UHGV virus genome: UHGV-0157498
DNA: 42,984 bases
Direction: 5' to 3' (one strand)
Origin: a virus
Position 1 is the first letter of the stretch. The number at the start of each line of letters is the position of its first letter. This document shows, in pieces, positions 27,412 through 36,157 of the stretch. A program made the translations under genes and the position numbers. The notes under the pieces are model-generated. The model made no database searches and was not told where the DNA came from. It worked only from the letters and a program-made list of their open reading frames with translations.

Positions 27412-27464
27412 TGCACACAGACGGAGTCGAACCGCATTTTCAACCTTCCCGCAAGGCTGTGTGC
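27412..27464 (-). ncRNA. truncated tRNA-like element (acceptor, one hairpin, T arm)
   Basis: GCACACAG CCTT-GCGGG-AAGG TTGAAAAT GCGG TTCGACT CCGT CTGTGTGC A. Confidence 0.55.
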
Positions 27465-27487
27465 TGTAAAGGAGGAAATACAAATAC

Positions 27488-27535
27488 AAAAAAGAGCCAG
27501 CAATCTGTAAGAAATCCTTACAAATCACTGGCTCT
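27488..27535 (-). terminator. long-stem intrinsic terminator
   Basis: 19-bp stem with G-U pairs + T-tract. Confidence 0.75.
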
Positions 27536-27553
27536 GCGTCTGGCGTCTGGCAC

Positions 27554-27715
27554 TTAACGGACGATAGGCTCTGCCTTTCCGTTTTCAATATTCACGAGGC
27601 TGGTCGTTTTACATTTCGGGCAAAACACCGGAAGATTATGCGCTGTCGTATCCTTGCGGAATGCTGACCGCGTTTTATTATTACAGACAGGACAGTATAC
27701 CCTTTTGATATCCAT
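27554..27715 (-). CDS. Cys-rich KTR / Com-like zinc-finger protein, 53 aa
   Basis: CPVCNNKTR...NLPVFCPKCK; GAAAGGA RBS; missed by ORF track. Confidence 0.75.
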   Translation of the reverse strand: MDIKRVYCPVCNNKTRSAFRKDTTAHNLPVFCPKCKTTSLVNIENGKAEPIVR

Positions 27716-27746
27716 GACGATCATTCCTTTCCATAGCCTTTAATAC

Positions 27747-27779
27747 ATTTTACCAAATAAAAAAAACTATGGCGTACCC
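27747..27779 (-). promoter_or_regulatory. late-promoter motif GGGTAC-N18-TGGTAAAAT
   Basis: one of four copies. Confidence 0.6.
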
Positions 27780-27787
27780 ATGTTTAA

Positions 27788-27818
27788 AGCAAAAGCGGCA
27801 GGTTTACCCGCCGCCTTT
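27788..27818 (-). terminator. terminator closing the accessory cassette
   Basis: GGCGGCGGG TAAA CCTGCCGCT TTT. Confidence 0.7.
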
Positions 27819-27820
27819 AC

Positions 27821-28375
27821 TCACATCATCTTTCGTAATTTTTCGATGTACCGCGAAATAGTCTCCCGCTCTTCTCGGCAGTCTGCATCCTTTGACAGAT
27901 CTCCCAGCTCTTCCGTCAGTGCATCCATATGCTCTTCCAGAGCAGCCAGCATACGCCGCTTGCAATCCTCAGACTTGCCGTTGCGATAAGACTGCTTGTT
28001 TTCCATGTAATCATCATAAGGGTCATTGTTTCCGTTTCCACGGCTATAGTGACCCTTTACATAGTGCTCCCCACGTCGCGCATAGGAGGATCCATCGTCA
28101 TAGGCCGTCATGCTCATTCCATCATCCCTGCTGTATCTCCCACGGCTGTCGCGTTTCCGCCTCTCGCTGTACTCTCCATTCTGGCTATAACCGCCTTCCA
28201 TTTCGTCGAGAACGGCGTTATAATAGCCCTCTTTGCACTTCCAGTATTCCACATTTTCCATGTCTTTCAACATGTCTATCAATTTGTATGCGGTCTCAAG
28301 ATTGCCTGTGTTCAGACCTTTTTCCGCGATTTTATCCAGCTCTTCCCGGATATTCTGCATCAATTTGTAACTCAT
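27821..28375 (-). CDS. cassette protein with Y/R/D-rich low-complexity middle
   Basis: ORF 184 aa, AAGGAGG RBS. Confidence 0.75.
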   Translation of the reverse strand: MSYKLMQNIREELDKIAEKGLNTGNLETAYKLIDMLKDMENVEYWKCKEGYYNAVLDEMEGGYSQNGEYSERRKRDSRGRYSRDDGMSMTAYDDGSSYARRGEHYVKGHYSRGNGNNDPYDDYMENKQSYRNGKSEDCKRRMLAALEEHMDALTEELGDLSKDADCREERETISRYIEKLRKMM

Positions 28376-28387
28376 GGTCTGCCCTCC

Positions 28388-28798
28388 TTAACCGCAAACC
28401 CGAACAGCTGTTATGTTCGGATTGTCTACTAACACAGGAATTGTCCCTGCGTTTTTGATGGAAACGTTTTCACAGCATCCACAGAACACATCGACGTATG
28501 TCTGGGACGATGTGTTAAAATACTGCTCTACTGCCGCAGGGGTGGCACGCATCACCGTGCCGCCGAGAATTTCCCCATCTCTGGCAATTCCCAGCGCCAC
28601 TTCTCCTACCGTTTCCCCAGTCGGTACTGCGACGTTCCCGGAAAATGTGATCAGATATCTACCGGGCTTTACAAGCGTTATCTGCGCGCTTCCAGCCCTG
28701 TGTCTTTCTGCGCATCCGCCCTTTGTTGCCACTGCCGAAAACGGGATGGACTGCCCTACTGGGACCGTGACCGGCGTTGTGTTTACTAACTCAATCAT
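28388..28798 (-). CDS. beta-sandwich protein, BclA-C/C1q-like by pattern
   Basis: GQSIPF, ITLVKPGRYLITFSGNV, VSIKN, NPNITAVR. Confidence 0.6.
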   Translation of the reverse strand: MIELVNTTPVTVPVGQSIPFSAVATKGGCAERHRAGSAQITLVKPGRYLITFSGNVAVPTGETVGEVALGIARDGEILGGTVMRATPAAVEQYFNTSSQTYVDVFCGCCENVSIKNAGTIPVLVDNPNITAVRVCG

Positions 28799-28913
28799 TT
28801 TATTCTCCCTTCATTTCAAAAGGGGCAGACGTTCTCAGCCTGCCCCTTTTTGTGAATAACGGCATCAGCCGAACATCATGGCAAAATGCCACGAAGATAC
28901 TCCGTCTGAAGTT

Positions 28914-29603
28914 TTAACATCCGCATCCCGTGTTGCCTCCGTAGCCACATCCGGCGCCAAAGCTAAAGCCTGTCGGGTTTACGATGGACGTGTACGGGGA
29001 CATGACCGGATAAGACGGAACGGGTGTAGGTCTCAAAGCATTTAAGATGCTGTTTGTCTGTGCGTTGTTAGACAGCTGGAGCTGTGCGGACTGTAACTCG
29101 GTCTGCAAAGACTGTATCTTGTCCTGTGTAAACAGGTCGATGATGCGCTGTGTCCCGGCGTTCTGCGCGTCAATTACATCGCGGAATCCGTTGTTTACGG
29201 TATTCTGTAGGATGTTTGTCTGGGCTGCCATGTTGTAGTTTACGCCAGCAATAGCCTCACGGGTATCGCAGCAGCATTGCTGCATCTGATAACCCAGATT
29301 TGACAGGTTGGCGTTTACGCCAGCAAGGCCGTTGCAAAGCTGGCCGGAAAGGTTCTGGATCCCGTTTTCGATTCCCTGCGTGGACAGCGCTGCGTCGATA
29401 TCGGCACGGGTTGCATAACCCTGAAATGCAGGAGAATTTGCTCCTCCACCATTTCCGCCCCAGCCGCCGAAGCCGCCCCAGCCAAACATACCGAAAATCA
29501 GGAAAAGGATAATCCATGCACCCCAATCTCCGCCGAAGCCGTCATTTTTTCCTGTGCCGCCGGTTAATACGGCAACATCAGAAGCGGTTAAACCGTCTGT
29601 CAT
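28914..29603 (-). CDS. Gly-rich TM + coiled-coil protein with CCC motif and double-Gly-type leader
   Basis: LTASDVAVLTGG; WIILFLIFGMFGWGG; QQCCCDT; C-terminal GCGC. Confidence 0.8.
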   Translation of the reverse strand: MTDGLTASDVAVLTGGTGKNDGFGGDWGAWIILFLIFGMFGWGGFGGWGGNGGGANSPAFQGYATRADIDAALSTQGIENGIQNLSGQLCNGLAGVNANLSNLGYQMQQCCCDTREAIAGVNYNMAAQTNILQNTVNNGFRDVIDAQNAGTQRIIDLFTQDKIQSLQTELQSAQLQLSNNAQTNSILNALRPTPVPSYPVMSPYTSIVNPTGFSFGAGCGYGGNTGCGC

Positions 29604-29658
29604 AGTAATTATCTCCTTCGATAATGTATTTACAAAACCGTGTGCACCCGGTTGTGTA

Positions 29659-29871
29659 CTATTTAAAAAAGCCTTTAAACATACCCTGCATCTGCTGCGC
29701 CATCTGCTGGGCTTGATTTAACTGTTGCTGGTTTATTTTGCCAGACTGCAACAGCCTGTTAATCTCTTCATTCGGATTTCTGCCCTCCATCTCTTTTCGG
29801 AATTGCTGGAACTGTTCCAGCATTCCGGCCATTCTATTACCATTCAGGGCCTCAAACAAGGGATTCGCCAT
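29659..29871 (-). CDS. Gln-rich 70-aa cassette protein
   Basis: MANPLF...LLQSGKINQQQLNQAQQMA. Confidence 0.75.
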   Translation of the reverse strand: MANPLFEALNGNRMAGMLEQFQQFRKEMEGRNPNEEINRLLQSGKINQQQLNQAQQMAQQMQGMFKGFFK

Positions 29872-30316
29872 GTCTGCCTCCTTCCGGCTTTGTTGCCGTT
29901 TCGAGATAACTATATAATTCTTCATATTTGCTTCTCAAATCGTCGTATTCTTTCCGAGTAACGTATTTATCGTCTAAGTTCACTTCCTCCTGTTTCTGTG
30001 GCTCTTTCGCGCCCACCGTGACCTCTTTGTAAGCAAAGGTGCGGAGCGTCGGCATCCCGGCGGCATCGGTAGTCTTTATATAAAAATTAGAGTTTTCGGA
30101 GTCCATCAAAAGGACGCTTGTATTTGGAGCGACAAGATAAGATTTAGCTCCAGCCTCGCCTTGCACCCACAAAATCCCCTGATTTACCTGTTGCGTCTGC
30201 TGCGGCTGCTGATATTGAGCCTGCATCTGCGCCAGCCTGTCCATCTGCGGCTGTAATGGATTTATTTGTCCATACTGATACGGATTATAGCCATACCCTT
30301 GATATGGTAATGCCAT
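29852..30316 (-). CDS. Q/Y/P-rich cassette protein
   Basis: WVQGEAGAKSYLVAPN..LLMDSE...FYIK; YVTRKEYD. Confidence 0.75.
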   Translation of the reverse strand: MALPYQGYGYNPYQYGQINPLQPQMDRLAQMQAQYQQPQQTQQVNQGILWVQGEAGAKSYLVAPNTSVLLMDSENSNFYIKTTDAAGMPTLRTFAYKEVTVGAKEPQKQEEVNLDDKYVTRKEYDDLRSKYEELYSYLETATKPEGGRHGESLV

Positions 30317-30359
30317 GCCTGCGCCTCCTATGACTAATTCAATAACTTTCTATAGCTAA

Positions 30360-30415
30360 ATTATGGCATAAAAAATAGGCCTCTGACAGTTCATCAAAGG
30401 CTTACAAAAGTATCA
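30360..30415 (-). promoter_or_regulatory. cassette promoter: three 11-bp-spaced hexamers + extended -10, overlapping a terminator
   Basis: TGATAC/TAAGCC/TGAACT at 30415, 30404, 30393; TGCCATAAT at 30368-30360. Confidence 0.55.
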
Positions 30416-30417
30416 AA

Positions 30418-30618
30418 TCAGCATACCCGTATTATCTTTTTGTTTATTCGCTGGCTCATTCTTTTCACAGTGGACACGCTCACGTTCATCATCTCCGCAC
30501 ATCTTTCCAGCGGGATATTCTGCGTCCGTAATTCAAAAAGCTGCCGTTCATCAGGTGTAAAATTGCAGTATTCGCGGAAAAAATCCAACTCAAATACTGT
30601 AAAATCACATACCTTCAA
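30418..30618 (-). CDS. LuxR/GerE/sigma-region-4-like HTH regulator
   Basis: FTPDERQLFELR...CAEMMNVSVSTVKR. Confidence 0.75.
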   Translation of the reverse strand: MKVCDFTVFELDFFREYCNFTPDERQLFELRTQNIPLERCAEMMNVSVSTVKRMSQRINKKIIRVC

Positions 30619-30637
30619 AATTACTCCCCTTATTGTG

Positions 30638-30685
30638 TTATTGTGTCTGTGCCAGATTAAGATGTATAGCCTGTATCGTTTCCAT
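30638..30685 (-). pseudogene. 15-aa ORF, probably internally deleted gene
   Basis: AAGGAG RBS then METIQAIHLNLAQTQ*. Confidence 0.35.
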
Positions 30686-30698
30686 AGTGCCTATCTCC

Positions 30699-31076
30699 TT
30701 ATTTCTCCCAATAGTATATCGGTATCTCCTGGCCACTGTCCCATGTGTCCCAGTAATGTCCATCTTTGACGCACACCACATGGCCGTCTATCCCGAGCAC
30801 ATACGTCCCCGTTGGATGATCTCGGCAAAAATCGTCTACCGTGTAAACATGCTGTCCGTGGTCGTCTACGATATACCGCCGGAAACCATTTTCACGCAGG
30901 TATGCGCCCCAGACAACGTTTGCAGACGGCATATCCGAAAGCTGGCAAGCTTTTACCATAATGCCGGAAAACGCCGTTTCCCAGTCAACAGACATCGCCT
31001 TGCATATTGCCCTTATAACACAATCTCCGACGCGCTGAGAACGTGGATTTGGATTGAATTTTGCCCAATGACTCAT
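30699..31076 (-). CDS. putative papain-fold (C39-like) cysteine peptidase
   Basis: GDCVIRAI ... GHVVCV ... YWDTWDS = Cys-His-Asp order. Confidence 0.55.
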   Translation of the reverse strand: MSHWAKFNPNPRSQRVGDCVIRAICKAMSVDWETAFSGIMVKACQLSDMPSANVVWGAYLRENGFRRYIVDDHGQHVYTVDDFCRDHPTGTYVLGIDGHVVCVKDGHYWDTWDSGQEIPIYYWEK

Positions 31077-32356
31077 TTTCCAGTCCCTTCTTTCTCCGCA
31101 TGTCTTTTTGCCCCTTTATTTGCTGCCTTTTGCTGCGGGTATCCAAATCCCGCTAATGCATTCCGATCATACTGCGGCTGTAACCCATTTTCTTCGCAAT
31201 GCTGATTATAAGCCCTGTTCTGTCCCTGCAATCGGTAAGCCAGCTTATCATATTCCTGCTGGAGCTTTTCCCGTTCCGCGCCGGACGCCCATGCAAGCTC
31301 TTCCTGTTTTACTATCAACTGCCGTTTCGTCTTTCGGATTCCGCGTTCCATAGATCGCTGCTTCTGGCTGTCCTCATACCGTTTTAGATTCTCAGCGTCG
31401 GTAATTTTATTCCCGCTTCCATCCAGCAGATTCCCTTCTGCGTCCCTCCACGAATTCTTCATCCGCTTGTCAAACAACATATGACCGTGACGACAGTTAT
31501 AGCCATGCAGCCCTCTCATATCCACAACCCTACCCTCTCCCGTGGTTAAATCAATGTCATATCCTGTCGATTCCAGCAGGTTCGGATATCCCGGCTCGCT
31601 TCCGTCGATTTTAAACACCCGCCCCTGCCATTCGTCATGTCCGGCAAGTAATGGCTGCCCATCACGTCTTACTCTTGCCCCGAGGTGCGCAGAGGTCAAC
31701 ACATACTCTGTACCGCTGTCCACGATATATCTATTTGTCAGCTGGGCCGCCGTCTGATTCATCGACGTCACTACACAGCATCGTACTGCCGCTTCCAGCG
31801 TCCGCCGTGCTCCTGTCGGGTAATCCACCATAATGCCGCGTCCCGCGTACGCATCCAGCACATCCGCTATGGCTGCGGGATAGCTTTGTACTCCGCTTGC
31901 TACCCTTACATCGGCTTCGTCGAGCAGCGTCACAAGGTCTTTTTGGCTTTGCTCCAGCGTCGTCCTTGTTAGGTTCTTCAGCTCCGCTCGGCTTTTTATG
32001 TACTCTGCTTCGATAACAGCCATATACCGTGCATTTTCAAGCGGAGACTGCGCCACGACCCCCATTTCTGACAGTGTAACCGCATCATCTTCCCACGATG
32101 TCAGCACGGCACCACGCAGGAGCTTCCGCAGTTCTTTTTCGCTCAGGTCTGTCAGTTCCATGATACGCCGCTGTATCTCATCCCGGCTTTCCCCCAACTG
32201 CTCCAGCCTGTACAGCAACCTGTCCGCCGTGGCTGTGATTTTCCCGGATTTTAAAATCCTTCTGGCGATATCCCGCAGGATAAAGTTTTCCAGCCGTTCA
32301 TAGAGTTCTAATATCCGGTCAGCTTTCCCTACAAAATACTCTGGTCTCAGCATCAC
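31073..32356 (-). CDS. minor capsid protein (Phage_min_cap2 / MuF-like)
   Basis: SAHLGAR...H..WQG; GLHGYNCRH. Confidence 0.85.
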   Translation of the reverse strand: MMLRPEYFVGKADRILELYERLENFILRDIARRILKSGKITATADRLLYRLEQLGESRDEIQRRIMELTDLSEKELRKLLRGAVLTSWEDDAVTLSEMGVVAQSPLENARYMAVIEAEYIKSRAELKNLTRTTLEQSQKDLVTLLDEADVRVASGVQSYPAAIADVLDAYAGRGIMVDYPTGARRTLEAAVRCCVVTSMNQTAAQLTNRYIVDSGTEYVLTSAHLGARVRRDGQPLLAGHDEWQGRVFKIDGSEPGYPNLLESTGYDIDLTTGEGRVVDMRGLHGYNCRHGHMLFDKRMKNSWRDAEGNLLDGSGNKITDAENLKRYEDSQKQRSMERGIRKTKRQLIVKQEELAWASGAEREKLQQEYDKLAYRLQGQNRAYNQHCEENGLQPQYDRNALAGFGYPQQKAANKGAKRHAEKEGTGK

Positions 32357-32784
32357 TCTTTCCCCACCGTTTTTCTCACAAGATTCAGCCAGTCGTCTTT
32401 ATGCCGCCTTTTGGCTTCCTCGAACCATTCAGACGTTGTTCCCGGCTCGTGATATTTAATCCGTCTCTGCGTCGGGCTTTTGCTGGGAGGGGATGTCCAC
32501 CCTATGATGTTCCCCTCTGCGTCTTTAAGCGGGATATTCGGACCGTACACAACGCCCTTGTACAAATAATGAGCATATGGCGTGTCATACTCAACGATGC
32601 CGCCGTATACCCCGTCTGGATATCTTACACTGTTTCTTAGTGCACCCTGCCGGAATGGAACGAAGGGGGCGCTGTCCGCCACTACCTGCATATTCAAAAG
32701 CTTCTGGGCTTCCAGCAGATTATCGTCTATGCGGGACGTATCGAGCTTAATCTCCACGTCCCCAACTTTCGTATCCAGTTCCAT
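32353..32784 (-). CDS. minor capsid/neck protein (Minor_capsid_2-like)
   Basis: FVPFRQGALRNS, YDTPYAHYLY, WFEEAK. Confidence 0.8.
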   Translation of the reverse strand: MELDTKVGDVEIKLDTSRIDDNLLEAQKLLNMQVVADSAPFVPFRQGALRNSVRYPDGVYGGIVEYDTPYAHYLYKGVVYGPNIPLKDAEGNIIGWTSPPSKSPTQRRIKYHEPGTTSEWFEEAKRRHKDDWLNLVRKTVGKE

Positions 32785-32815
32785 TCTACCACCTCCCGCA
32801 TTTTATGGCGTACCC
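32783..32815 (-). promoter_or_regulatory. late-promoter motif copy (GGGTAC-N18-TGGTAGAAT)
   Basis: shares GGGTACGCCATA with the 27779 copy. Confidence 0.45.
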
Positions 32816-34669
32816 TTATTTCATCTTTGCGTATCCCACGCTCATCCCTGCGCCAGCATCGTTTATCACAGTCGTGGTGGGGCTGTAGGTTCGCAGAGCC
32901 TTATAAGCGGCGATTGTTTCTGGCGGGAGCGGTGTGCGGATGGGAGTTTTCAAAGCCCAAATGAGAAAAACTTCATTGTTGTTCACAAAATCCTTGTATA
33001 CCTGAAAATCCGCTGAATTAAGATAAATTCTAATATCTTCCAAAACTCTGCTTATGCACAGTATCTGTTTTTTGTCAGCAGTTTGGTAAGGAACATATTT
33101 CAAATGCGAGCATATCGGGTTTGCGTTTGAAACAGTTTTGATATTATACAACGTCACAAAAATCGAATCAGGAGTATCTTTTTTCAAATCAGATTCTTGC
33201 AGCACCTTATTCCCAATCCACTGCACCCTCTCGCCCTTCGCAAGGTCAATCTCGTCCGCTACCCACTGTTGACCTTTCTCGTCCGTATAATTGCCGCCGG
33301 AGGATACGGGGATTCCGGGCAGACCGTTTGGTGTTGGAACGATGAGCTTCTGGACGGGCTTGTAGGGTTCGTAGGAAGTAGCATTCATGGGGGTTCTGGT
33401 TATCATCGCCTTGACCTTGCCCTTGAAGGCTGCCGCAGTCCGAAGAAATATTCGGAATTTATCTCCATCCATTATTTCTATTTGTGCTGCATTTGTTCCG
33501 ACGGAATACCCCAATACAACATTTTCCCCTTTTCTCCATACAACGACATACAGATATACATCCTGTGTGCCTGAATAAATATAATATTTTCCCGCTGTCA
33601 TCAACGCAAATTCATCATACCCACTTTCAACGTTGCTATTATTCTGTCCAACAGCATAAATATCTGTTTCCCTGTCAACATCAACTTGCACACCATCCGC
33701 AAAAACCTCAAATCCATTACCCTTCTGCCCCACCTCAAACGGCAGAAGGTTCGTCCCTGTAACCGTAACCCCTATTTCCCCGCTCTGCCCCGCGCTCTTA
33801 ATCTCCTGCGGGTACTCCGGTGACGGGGAGGGCTTGCCGCCGGTGTAGGGCTCGTAATTGGACGCAGTTGGCTGTGTTTTGGATATCATCGCCTTAACCT
33901 TGCCATTAAAGGCTTCTTCGAGTCTGAGGAATATCCGAAACTTATCTCCATCCATTACTTTTATTTTTACCGCAACTCCTTTCCTGGAACCTCCCAATGT
34001 GATATTTATCCCATTTCTAAATGCAACGACAAATAAATTCACAAATTCACCATCTGAATAAACATAATATTCCCCAGATGCTAATAACGGGAAATCGTCG
34101 TATGAACTTTCGTTGCCCATGCCACTGCGTCCCACTGCATAGATGTCATCCTTTCTTGCACCGGATATCGCTATCCCATCTTTAAATACTTCAAGCCCTT
34201 CTCGCTTTTCTCCTACCTCAAACGGCAACAACTGCGCCCCAGTCGTGCTCACCTGCGTTGATTTGCCGTAGAGGGTAAGGGATTCCATCCCACGATCCCC
34301 CTTTGAATTTTCCAAGAGGGCGGGGTTGCCGGTAACGACCGTGAGCACAACGCTGTACGCATCGGCTACCAGCACCAAGAAATGCTCCTCTCGTGTCACA
34401 GGCGGAAAGACTTTCCCCTCTCCGCTGGCAATCGCCGCCCAGTAATATTCTAATCGTGTCACAGGCGCAGGGATGCTTCCGCCCCATACTCCTGCTACCT
34501 TTGCCATGTAATACTGCAATCTCGTGACGGGCTGCGGGGTATTGCCGGAATAATCCCCTGCCATAGTCGCAAGGTAGTATTCTTCAATTGTCACTGGTTC
34601 CGGCGTGTTTCCCTCATATGTCCCTGCAATCTTTGCAAGATAATACTCTTCTCTGGTTATCGGCTCCAT
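32816..34669 (-). CDS. fibre/decoration-like protein with N-terminal repeats and a duplicated domain
   Basis: five P(I/V)T(R/I)xExY-type repeats; two ~135-aa internal copies ending YEPY. Confidence 0.7.
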   Translation of the reverse strand: MEPITREEYYLAKIAGTYEGNTPEPVTIEEYYLATMAGDYSGNTPQPVTRLQYYMAKVAGVWGGSIPAPVTRLEYYWAAIASGEGKVFPPVTREEHFLVLVADAYSVVLTVVTGNPALLENSKGDRGMESLTLYGKSTQVSTTGAQLLPFEVGEKREGLEVFKDGIAISGARKDDIYAVGRSGMGNESSYDDFPLLASGEYYVYSDGEFVNLFVVAFRNGINITLGGSRKGVAVKIKVMDGDKFRIFLRLEEAFNGKVKAMISKTQPTASNYEPYTGGKPSPSPEYPQEIKSAGQSGEIGVTVTGTNLLPFEVGQKGNGFEVFADGVQVDVDRETDIYAVGQNNSNVESGYDEFALMTAGKYYIYSGTQDVYLYVVVWRKGENVVLGYSVGTNAAQIEIMDGDKFRIFLRTAAAFKGKVKAMITRTPMNATSYEPYKPVQKLIVPTPNGLPGIPVSSGGNYTDEKGQQWVADEIDLAKGERVQWIGNKVLQESDLKKDTPDSIFVTLYNIKTVSNANPICSHLKYVPYQTADKKQILCISRVLEDIRIYLNSADFQVYKDFVNNNEVFLIWALKTPIRTPLPPETIAAYKALRTYSPTTTVINDAGAGMSVGYAKMK

Positions 34670-34670
34670 C

Positions 34671-36095
34671 TTATTCCTCCCCGAACAGCCCCGTTTCCTT
34701 CGGCTGCGCTTCCGTCACCATTGCCTTCGCATCTTCCTTTGTCATGCCCTCGAATTTGGCAAAATACATCCACGCGGGCACCTTGCCCTGCACAACATAG
34801 CTCCACCAGCGTGCCCGATCCTCTTCGCGGTTGTACGTAATATCGCCAAAATCGTACACAACCTCATAAACCCCGACAGGGGCAAGCGCATACAGATCTG
34901 CATACACCGACATGGCATAGATAGCATCGTTCAGGCAACTTTCCAGCTTGTCTCGCACATCCTTGATAAACTGGATGGTTCGCTGCTGCTCCGCTTCCAC
35001 GCCTGTCGCCGTTTGGATGCCGCTCGCTTCGTTAAAGACAAAATAGCCGTTCGAGAACCCGCATTTATACCCTATCTGGGACAGGAGAGCATTGATTCCG
35101 TCAAGGCGTGTGGCTGTATTGAGCTGCGGCGTAATCTCCTGGTAAAACTCTTCCGGGCTGTTGCCAAACACATTTTTTACATAATGCGGTAGCTTAACGT
35201 CGGGGATGCGCCCGTTAAGGTTCTTCCCGCTGTCAAACATCAGCCTGTCATCTGCAAGGATGATCTTCTCGCTGTCATATATCTCACCGGCGTTCCGGCT
35301 GTATGCGATGTCCAGGTCTTTCATTTCTTCGATGGCTTCTGCGTATATCGGCATTCCCAGCGGAGAGGAAAGATCTATGTTGTTTGCAGCAGGGGTGCGG
35401 AACACTCCGTACATGGGGGAATCAAGTCTTTCGTTCCCGCCCTTGAGAATCGGCGGCGTTTCCTCCAGCAGATCAGCCCACTTTGTCTGCTCCAGCGGGA
35501 TAGGATCGCCGAGGGATTCGCTGCTCTTTGATACATATGCCCTGTTGGATATCACATACGGGTATATCACGCCCGCCTCCGTCCTCGTCTCGACAAACCT
35601 ATGATACTCCAAGCGTGTATAAAACTTTTCGTTAGCCGCATAGCTGTCTTTAAACACAACGCCCGTTATATTCCCGTTATCGTCCTGCTCCGTCACGAAA
35701 AAGTCCAGAGGGGTAAACATATCAAGCCCGCCGCCATTAGGCTTTACAATGATCGTGCCATAAGCACAGCCATACTCTACCCAATGACGCATGCTATAAT
35801 AGGCTTTATCAATCTGCTCCTGCAACCACGCCCCGCGTGCGCCGCCGTCAACCTGGATTTTAATCCCCAGCGTGACGAGCCGCGCCGTCTCGGAGCATAC
35901 CGCCTTTGCAAAATTGATAGTCTTTATCCGATTATCTGCGTCTAACCAGTACGGCGCACCACGGTAGATGTTGGCACACTCTGCAACCTTTGCCATCATC
36001 TGCGCAGACGTGGTATCCTTTACCCTGAAATCTTTCTCAGCCTGCTTTTTAAATATCATATTAAACCACCTTTTGACTGTCTGTATAATTCCCAT
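34671..36095 (-). CDS. portal protein (A118/SPP1-like)
   Basis: SPLGMPIY, LDIAYS, QTATGV; after terL. Confidence 0.9.
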   Translation of the reverse strand: MGIIQTVKRWFNMIFKKQAEKDFRVKDTTSAQMMAKVAECANIYRGAPYWLDADNRIKTINFAKAVCSETARLVTLGIKIQVDGGARGAWLQEQIDKAYYSMRHWVEYGCAYGTIIVKPNGGGLDMFTPLDFFVTEQDDNGNITGVVFKDSYAANEKFYTRLEYHRFVETRTEAGVIYPYVISNRAYVSKSSESLGDPIPLEQTKWADLLEETPPILKGGNERLDSPMYGVFRTPAANNIDLSSPLGMPIYAEAIEEMKDLDIAYSRNAGEIYDSEKIILADDRLMFDSGKNLNGRIPDVKLPHYVKNVFGNSPEEFYQEITPQLNTATRLDGINALLSQIGYKCGFSNGYFVFNEASGIQTATGVEAEQQRTIQFIKDVRDKLESCLNDAIYAMSVYADLYALAPVGVYEVVYDFGDITYNREEDRARWWSYVVQGKVPAWMYFAKFEGMTKEDAKAMVTEAQPKETGLFGEE

Positions 36096-36157
36096 CTTTG
36101 CAATACCCCTGTGCCGTGTATTTGCCATATTCCCGGCATTTTTCCGCTTGATGTATA

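Noticed and set aside
28800..28912. Hammerhead-like CTGATG in cassette intergenic hairpins
   Set aside because: Lacks the CUGAnGA/GAAA core; only small hairpins plus a terminator
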